A stretch of 64,000 nt of DNA from the human T2T-CHM13v2.0 reference genome, Homo sapiens. Shown here piece by piece: positions 32,481 through 64,000 of the stretch. The notes under the pieces were generated by a model. That model was not told the origin of the DNA, made no database searches, and worked only from the letters and a program-made list of their open reading frames with translations. Location of the stretch: assembly GCF_009914755.1 (NCBI RefSeq), contig NC_060944.1; one strand, written 5' to 3'. Position numbers and translations under genes: made by a program. The stretch's first letter is position 1. Each line of letters opens with the position of its first letter.

Positions 32481-34988
32481 TGTATTTTTAAAAACAGAAG
32501 AAGAAGAAGAAAACAACAACAATAACAAGGCCCAGATCTAATAAATCAGAGCCTGCCTTTTACCAAGATCCCGGATGTTTCCTGTGCACATTAAAAGTTT
32601 GAGATGCTCTCACCTAGGTAATCAGTAGCAAAACTAAGACTTACCAATGATAATGACAATGAAGGTAATAGTCGTAGCTAAGATACATTAGCCAAGCACT
32701 GTTGTAAGCACTTTACACATGTTGTTTCATTTAGATTTAGACCTCACACCAATCCTGTAACACAGATTTCCAGAAGAGGAAAGTAGAGGCTCAGAAAAGT
32801 TCAGTAACTTCCTGACATCTGCTGACTCCAAGTCTATTGCTCTTTCTACCATTCATTCGTGTGTTCATCTGTTTTTCAGGTGGGCAGTGACCACATCTTA
32901 GCTGTCTTGTCAAAGGCCTTTCTCTTCCATACCTGCATAACTAATTTTAAATGATGACCAAAAAAAAAAAAAAAAAACAGTGACTTGAAAGAATGTTTGA
33001 GAAAATCAAGGGAAAAACTTCTGAGCTAGATGGGTGTCAGTTACTTGACTGATGAGGCCGCAAACAGATATCTCATTTGGTCAGATAAGCTACCTCTCAC
33101 ACTTCTTAGTGATCTAACTTCAGGGTCCGAACAGCTGAAGCAGGTAGGAACTGTGAGCTTGTATTCTGAGTCATTTAGCTCTAAGCTGTTTCTTGATTCT
33201 GGTGATAAATATCTACACTGGGTGAGAAGATAGTGGATAAAGTCCCATATAACACCTGCCAACTAATTGTTAAAACATTCCATCTCACTGTGCCTCAGTT
33301 TTCTCTCTCTGCCCTGTGGGCTCATTATTTTCCTTTCAACACCTCCTGTCTTTCTAGACTCTCAGAAAGATATATTGGTTGAGGACTATGCCATTATAGG
33401 AAATTTTGACCTGAAAGGATGGTGGGAACTGGGTAAAGGCAGGATTCTATCAATTCTGCTACTTGCTGTGTGACTTGGAGCAAGTGACTCAACCTCTCTA
33501 GGCCTCTGTCTTGCGCATACATATATATATGTAAAATAAAGATATAGGACAGTTCTTCCCAAAGCCCTTCCAGCCCTGCCCACAAGACTGAACCTTGAGT
33601 TGGGTGATATTTTGTTCTTTCTTGGTGACTTCATACTGAGCTTTCTCCCAGACCTTTCGGGTGTGGCTTTTAGAGCGTATTTCTTGGCAGTCAGAGAGCA
33701 TTACAATCAGCTCATCTTATCAGCATCACACATCTGCACAGCAGCTTGGGATGTTCATGTTTAAGGTTCAGTTAATCATGGTGACACATTGTGTCTTCTC
33801 ACTTTGTCACACTGATTGCGGACATTGAGCTCTTCACACAGGAAGATCTATCTTTAGCATGCTGATTTATTTAACTCATAATTTGCATTAGAGAGGGAAC
33901 CAGTGATAATCATGGTGGGTGTGGCTTTTATTTTTAAAGTTTTTGGCAAGACATTTGCAGCACTTGCATTTTGTCATGCTTGAATATAGTCTATAAATGG
34001 AAATGGGTTCAAGTGAAATAGAAATTGCCATAGATTATTGGGAGCTTGGGACTTAACCACTCTGGAGTCCTTCATATCACCTTCAGCAGTGCTTTCAGGA
34101 AGGGCTTGCTTGGCCTTTTGTGTGTGACATAAATTAAACAGAAACTAAAAGCTCATAGCACAATCTCTAGCAGCTTAGCAGACTACAGTAATCATTACTT
34201 TGTAACACATTTCAGAACATAAGCAAAAAATCTAGCTGGCAAATCATAAAAGATTCCATCTAGGTAAGATAAAATATCAGTTCAAGTTACCTAAAGATAA
34301 CCACAAGAAGATAGTCCTTGGTGGAAGTAGTTACTGGTTTTGCAAGATCTGCAATAATAAGTTAGACTCTGGCCTAAGAAATATATGTAATGTTTTTCCT
34401 TATTCTTCAATTGTCAGCCTTTTAAAAATATATAATTTTTTCCGATTATAAAAATAATAAACTTCCATTGAGTAAAAAAATGAGGAAAATACTGAACAGA
34501 TTAAATAAGGCTGACTTTAAGATCCACCACTGAGAAATAACTACTGTTAACATTTTACTGTCCATATACAAATGTATTCCTAAATACATTTTATCTCATA
34601 GGCTTGCAGTTCTCACCTGTTTCCTCCATTGTTGTTATTTAGGCCATTTTCAACATTTAAACATTATGAGTAATGCTTCAGAGAACATCTTAATGATGAT
34701 TATTTTGTGTAAACCTTTGTCTGCACTGCTGATGATTTCTTTAAACTAGGTCCTTTAATGTTAAAAATTTTAAATTACAAAGGCAACCCCCCTTAAATAA
34801 TGTTTTTAACATGGCAGTGTTAACCTAAAGCTGAAAAGACAGACAGAATTACAATTTGGTTGGGGAATTTACCCATGGTGATGGTATCCTAACTCAGGTT
34901 TTAGCTTACTTGACTACTTGCAAGTATATTTTTAGAAAGTTGTATTCAAAGCATATTTCCCATTTTCTATTTGGAAATGTTTGCTTAA

Positions 34989-41500
<6,512 letters not shown>

Positions 41501-43095
41501 TGAGTTGGGGGGCGGGGAGAAGGAGTTCTCCAAGATTTATATAGGAAGAAGTACAGTGGTATATAGTATACTGCTACTTGAGTTAAAAAGGTTTAAAAGC
41601 AAAAGATGAAGATGAAGGAGCAATGCAGATATGTTAGGAAGATTTACATGTTCACTGTACACTCTGTACAGCTTGAATTGCGTTAATCTTTGCATAGACA
41701 TACACATGTATATATGCGTATATATCAGGTGTTTTAAAAATATATGGGTTTATATATGGGTTTTAAAATAAGACAAATCTGGTTTTGAATCCTGACTCTT
41801 CCACTTAATTGTCGTGTAACCTTGGGCAAATTAATTTCCCTGAGTCTCTGATCCTTATTCTTTAAATGAGGCTAATGCCTGCCTTCCTCCCAAGGTGATT
41901 TTGAGGATTAAAAGAGGACTCACATTAAGCTCTTGGTATACTGTGAGTTGTGACTATTGAATACAATAAAACCCAAGAACTGCATTGATTCTGAATAGTA
42001 GGTGTTGTCCAACAGACTTGAATATATTTTTGAATGTATTTTATGTTTTACAATTGAATGCCAAAAAGAGTTTCTTTTCTTCTTTCCCTGCCTAAATAAA
42101 TGCTTTGTTTGCCTCTTTGTGTCATCAAATGACAGAGAGTACATGGCGCCAGTTTGAATTCAGGGCAGGCATTTATTGTCCTTGTTACTTGACTGTGACG
42201 TTTTTAGGTTTCTTTCCAGAGAACTAGCGTGTCTTCTTCAGACATTTAAGCTGAAATCAAAGTTCTGGACTTTTCTCCAAAGAAAACATTGCTTTATTGC
42301 TTCCCCCACCTTAATTATAAAAATCAAAATACATGCACCCATCAAAAAATACAAAGAAAGCAAAAAAATAGCCTGCAGGCGCACCACCCTAGAGGTCAAT
42401 ATTACCTGCATTTCATGAGTATTTATTAGTACTTTTCAATGTTAAAAGCTAAGCATTTAACATTCATTAGTTTATTTAATCCTCAGAACAGTTCTTTAAG
42501 GGAGATATTGCTATTAACCATACTTGGTGGAAGAAGAAACTGTGACTTAGTTTCTTGAGATTTTATAGCTAGTAAATGGCAGAGCAGAAATTCAAAGCCA
42601 GACCTGCTGAACACCTCAGCTCATGCTTTTAACAATGTCTTTACTCTGTGTTCCCCAAATCTGCATCTGCACATGTGCCTGTACACATAAACATTAACTG
42701 TATCATAGTAATTCTGTTTAGTAGCCTTTTTCTTCACTCAGCAATATGTCTTGAATATTGCCCATATCTAAATACCTAGAGGTTTGTTGCCATTTTTAAT
42801 GACTTCATAGTTTCCCATTGTAGAGATGTGCCATAATCTAACCACTCCCTTATTGATGAGCATTTAAGTGCTTAGAGGTGGTGATGTGACAAACACAAAT
42901 TGTGTATTACATTGTTGCACATGTATTTAGTTACTCAATTATGTCCTTAAAATAATTCCAAGAAATGGAATTGCTGTTTCAAGGGAGTATTCACATTTAG
43001 AGTTTTGGTACTGATTGCCTGACTGCCCTCAAGTATGTTGTGCCAATTTGAGATGCTGTGGCTCTTATATGTTCTTTCTGTAAGGGACATTTTGA

Positions 43096-49532
<6,437 letters not shown>

Positions 49533-50764
49533 ATGTTGTTTTAAATACCAGGTGGGCCAAATGAAATGTTTTAGATAGAATGTAACCAGTTTGTGACCTC
49601 TCTCTTACGCTTTCCATAGGAAGCCAATAGTTACTGAGAATCCAATTCATACCTAGTTCTGGACTTTGAGGTGAGACTCTATGACAGCTAGCAAGGTGAG
49701 GATGCGTGAATCTAAACACAAAAGAGTTGGAGAACGGTCTGGAAGAGTGTGACTGCCGTGACAAATGTGCATCTGATTTCCTCAGCAGATAAAAGAGTTG
49801 AGGTTGGGGAATTACTCAATTTTTCATGTTCAATAACCATTCAAACAGTGGGTGTTAACATTGAATGACAAGTTCTAGCAGAAAAGGTCTTCAGGATGAA
49901 GGCGATGAGCTGCTGATCTGTGCTTCCTTCTTTCCTGGCAATTCTGTGAGTTTCTTTAAAGATTTATCACTCTAATTAGACCCACTGGAAGAATAACAAA
50001 GGTAATAAAGAAAGAGTATCAGGGCATCCTTCCAAGAAAACTCTCTCCTTTGAGGAAGACCCAGAATAAGATTTTAAGCCTTGGTGGCAGGAAATTAACT
50101 TAGTCCATTTTCCTGAAAGAATATGTCAATAATACATGACTAGTTCAGTCTAGCTGGGTGAGTTCAGAAAAGAAATGGTGTTCTGTGTTCAGAGTTGAGG
50201 AGATTTAATTAAGGGGACTCATGCTTTGGGAATTCCTTCCTTTTTAAAGATTTTTAAGATTAATGTAGGTCATTATCATTCCTTTGTTTCTATCATTTTG
50301 GAGAGCTCAAAAAATATATGGAGCTATTACAAAGCAGCTGAACCTCAAGGTCAGCTTGCTGCAGGCTTTCTTTCTTCTTTCTTTCATAGGCTTGGAGCCC
50401 CATTGTTTTGACAGGTAAAAGTCGGACAGCTCCGCCTTCTCAGAAGTCTGTAATGCAGAAGAATCAGTCCTCTGCACTGACCTGTCTCCCTGTCCTGCCC
50501 TGCCATTCTGTTTCTCTTACTCTATCAGGTCTAGGATCTTGTCTGGCAGGCTCGTGCACTGAAACAGAGGTCTTCCCAGAGGATATCAGGGGCTGGGATT
50601 TTCCCTTTGCACCTAGATCAGCTTTGGCAGGCGTCTGTTGAAATGGAGGGAGAGACAGGCCGTAGCTCATGAGCCATTCCCCTGAAATGAAAAGACGCAG
50701 GAAACTGGCCATTCTAACATCTGTCTCTTTCTTCCCATCTGGCAAAATTCTAATAGCATGTAGA

Positions 50765-50972
50765 AGAAGTTTGTCCAACCCGCGGCCCAGGATGGCTTTG
50801 AATGTGGCCCAACACAAATTTGTAAACTTTCTTTAAACATTATGAGATTTTTTTTGCAATTTTTTGTTTAACTCATTAACCATCGTAGTGTTAGTGTATT
50901 TTATGTGTGGTGTGGCTCAAGACAATTCTTCTTCCAGTGTGGCCCAAGGAAGCCAAAGATTGGACACCCTTG
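50765..50972. mobile_element. MER30-like hAT-Charlie DNA transposon
   Basis: tgtccaacc, ggatggctttgaatgtggcccaacacaaatttgtaaactttctt and gaagccaaagattggacacc. Confidence 0.82.
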
Positions 50973-51113
50973 ATCTAGAAGATAATGACTACATTCCTGA
51001 AGGGCTTCCTTTTGCATAGTTTTCTTTACACGGCTTGAGATTTAGTTCTTATTGAACATCAATTAGGTATTTAGATCTCAATTTAATCTGAATTTTTTTT
51101 AGGATGATTGTTA

Positions 51114-57280
<6,167 letters not shown>

Positions 57281-57564
57281 AGTGAGACCCAGACTTAAAA
57301 GATTTCCAGCTGCCTCAGCCTATAGCATAAGATCAGATATTGATTGAGAGGAGGATGGGCTAGCCAACAATACTGGTGGACTGCAGTTTTTTATTTTTAC
57401 CACTGAAGCTGGTTAAGATCCTGTGAGGAAATATACAGTGTAGTAAAGTTATCAGATATGGCTGTCAGGTTAGCAAGATGAAGACTATTTAGGTGTGTCA
57501 GCTTCTGTCAGGCAGGCTGCAATGACAACGGTACTGTGCTTGTTTACTTTTGCTTTTTCTCTAG

Positions 57565-57629
57565 GACCGTAGCATCCTGAGACATTTTGAATTGACACTT
57601 CTCAAGATTTGACTGGATCAGAGTTCATC
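57565..57629 (+). other. KIF3B: KIF3B 5'UTR part of exon 2
   Basis: Strong acceptor tgtttacttttgctttttctctag|GAC, 65 nt upstream of the ATG. Confidence 0.9.
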
Positions 57630-59033
57630 ATGTCAAAGTTGAAAAGCTCAGAGTCAGTCAGGGTGGTGGTTCGCTGTCGGCCCATGAATGGCAAGGAAAA
57701 GGCTGCTTCGTATGACAAAGTGGTGGATGTGGATGTTAAGCTGGGGCAGGTGTCTGTGAAGAACCCCAAAGGGACGGCCCATGAAATGCCCAAGACCTTC
57801 ACCTTTGATGCCGTCTATGACTGGAATGCCAAGCAGTTTGAACTGTACGATGAGACGTTCCGACCACTTGTTGACTCTGTCCTGCAAGGTTTCAATGGAA
57901 CCATTTTTGCCTATGGACAAACTGGGACAGGAAAAACCTACACCATGGAAGGAATCCGTGGTGACCCTGAAAAAAGAGGAGTCATTCCTAACTCATTTGA
58001 CCATATCTTCACCCACATCTCTCGATCCCAGAATCAACAATACCTGGTCAGGGCTTCTTACTTAGAGATCTACCAGGAGGAGATCCGAGATTTGCTCTCA
58101 AAGGATCAGACCAAAAGGCTTGAGCTCAAAGAGAGGCCTGACACAGGAGTGTATGTGAAAGACCTGTCTTCCTTTGTCACCAAGAGTGTGAAGGAGATAG
58201 AGCATGTGATGAATGTGGGGAACCAGAACCGTTCTGTCGGTGCTACCAACATGAACGAGCACAGCTCGCGTTCTCATGCAATTTTCGTTATCACTATTGA
58301 GTGCAGCGAGGTGGGCCTCGATGGTGAAAACCACATCCGTGTAGGAAAATTGAACCTTGTAGATCTTGCTGGCAGCGAACGGCAAGCCAAGACCGGCGCA
58401 CAAGGGGAGAGATTAAAAGAAGCTACCAAGATCAACCTCTCCCTTTCCGCTTTGGGTAATGTCATCTCTGCTCTAGTGGACGGCAAAAGCACTCACATTC
58501 CATATCGGGACTCAAAGCTTACCAGGCTCCTCCAAGATTCCCTTGGTGGCAATGCCAAGACTGTGATGGTGGCCAACGTGGGGCCTGCCTCTTACAACGT
58601 AGAAGAGACTCTGACCACTCTGCGATATGCCAACCGTGCCAAAAACATTAAGAACAAACCAAGGGTCAATGAGGACCCCAAGGATGCCCTCCTTCGAGAA
58701 TTCCAGGAAGAGATTGCTCGGCTCAAGGCCCAGCTGGAAAAACGGTCCATTGGTAGGAGGAAGAGGCGAGAGAAGCGGAGGGAAGGTGGTGGCAGTGGTG
58801 GGGGTGGGGAAGAGGAGGAGGAGGAGGGAGAAGAGGGTGAGGAGGAAGGGGATGATAAGGATGATTACTGGCGGGAACAGCAAGAAAAACTGGAGATTGA
58901 GAAGCGGGCCATTGTAGAGGATCACAGCTTGGTTGCAGAGGAGAAGATGAGGCTGCTGAAGGAGAAAGAGAAAAAGATGGAGGACCTGCGGCGGGAGAAG
59001 GATGCTGCCGAGATGCTGGGCGCCAAGATCAAG
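57630..59033 (+). CDS. KIF3B: KIF3B coding part of exon 2 (codons 1-468): kinesin motor domain, neck, charged segment, start of coiled-coil stalk
   Basis: The [21 protein letters not shown]... contains P-loop GQTGTGKT (57915-57938), switch I NEHSSRSH, switch II DLAGSE and [19 protein letters not shown], and the sequence is recognisable as KIF3B. ATG at 57630 has A at -3. Donor AAG|GTACCA follows 59033, giving 1404 nt, phase 0. Confidence 0.97.
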
Positions 59034-59343
59034 GTACCATACCCGTACCCTTCCTTAGGCCCTTGCCCTGTCACTGCTTTTGCTTTCATCAAACAACAAC
59101 AAAAAACATAACCATATGAGGGATGATGTCTCTCATCAGTTTTGGATTTCCAACAGCTCATGATATCCAGTACTCAGTAAACCTCTGTTTAATTGACATG
59201 AATATGATTTTTTCACATTTACAAAAATGAAAATTGAATTCATAATGAGAATAATTATTATGTATGCACATAGTATAAAGAACAGCAATAAAAGTAACAC
59301 CCACGTACCCCCCCACCCAGTGTAAGAAATAGAACAACATCCA

Positions 59344-63270
<3,927 letters not shown>

Positions 63271-63770
63271 AATTTTAAAAAATCCCCACAGAGTCTGAAT
63301 TCTATCCCATCAGTGTGCCTCTCCCATGAATTACTGTGTCCTTTCCTCATGATGGCATCTGGCGCCATATGGTTAAAGCCTGCTTGCTTGTCTGTTTTCC
63401 TCAGTGGACTCGGAGCTTTGTGATTCACACTCACATTGCATCCCCAGGACCTAACATAAAGGGTCTGCTTAATATGTTCTAAGTGGGGTTAATACTTTGT
63501 AGAAACAAGCAAAAAAAAAAAATTTGTTAAAGCTGAAATTCATGTATCTGAAGAAACTGTATCTTCAGTGTTACCAAGAAGCCTCTAGTGAAGCTGCCCC
63601 AGTCCCTCACCAGTGATGGATGGGCACAGCTGAGCACAGTGTATTTTTTCCCAGAGTTTGTCCCTTTTGGCTCAGTCCTGAGCTCTTTATCTTTCACAGG
63701 CTCCCCTGTGAGGAATTATGTTCTGAGAGAAACCGTTCATGAGATGGATTCTACTTTGTTTCTCACTCAG

Positions 63771-63872
63771 GCCATGGAGAGTAAGTTGCTTGTTGGAGGA
63801 AAAAATATAGTAGATCATACGAATGAACAGCAGAAAATCCTGGAGCAGAAACGACAGGAAATTGCAGAGCAG
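63771..63872 (+). CDS. KIF3B: KIF3B exon 3 (34 codons, [34 protein letters not shown])
   Basis: Acceptor ctactttgtttctcactcag|GCC and donor CAG|gtaact bound 102 nt, phase 0/0. It continues exon 2 in frame (KIK|[10 protein letters not shown], a kinesin-2 stalk motif). Confidence 0.95.
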
Positions 63873-64000
63873 GTAACTTTTCATTCTTTTTCAGGGAGAA
63901 TGGGTGAGGTAAGGTGTGTTTATGCTGCAGAGCAAACGTCTCATATTAGACTCTCTTCAAAGAGAATGAGAGCAAGGTGTGTCTGCCTCATCCTAGCTGG

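Noticed and set aside
57609-59111. 500-aa ORF as a complete single-exon gene
   Set aside because: It starts at TTG, whereas the true ATG is 57630, and the C-terminal 25 aa are intron read-through. Exon 3 continues the protein.
57602-59161. Antisense and alternate-frame ORFs over exon 2
   Set aside because: Shadow ORFs of the coding strand with no independent signals.

Overview
Primate (very probably human) genomic DNA that is extremely Alu-rich. About 25 kb of repeat-dominated intergenic sequence is followed by the 5' half of KIF3B, a kinesin-2 motor subunit, on the + strand. The gene has a CpG-island promoter with two identical RFX/ETS-like 16-mers, a 5'UTR exon 1 carrying a (CCG)12 repeat (donor after 25622), a 31.9 kb intron 1, a 1469-nt exon 2 (57565-59033; ATG at 57630; whole motor domain plus neck) and exon 3 (63771-63872). 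The gene continues beyond the window. Most other ORFs in the track are Alu translations, and none is supported as a gene. The most interesting observation is a strong-Kozak AUG in exon 1 that opens a spliced 30-codon uORF. It reads the CCG repeat as poly-arginine and is in frame with the KIF3B CDS. Exon 2 also offers three testable alternative outputs: an in-frame exitron, an intronic polyadenylation isoform and an AUG-containing circRNA. Several locally templated repair or insertion scars are visible. Repeat subfamily names come from my recall of consensus sequences, and repeat boundaries are approximate.
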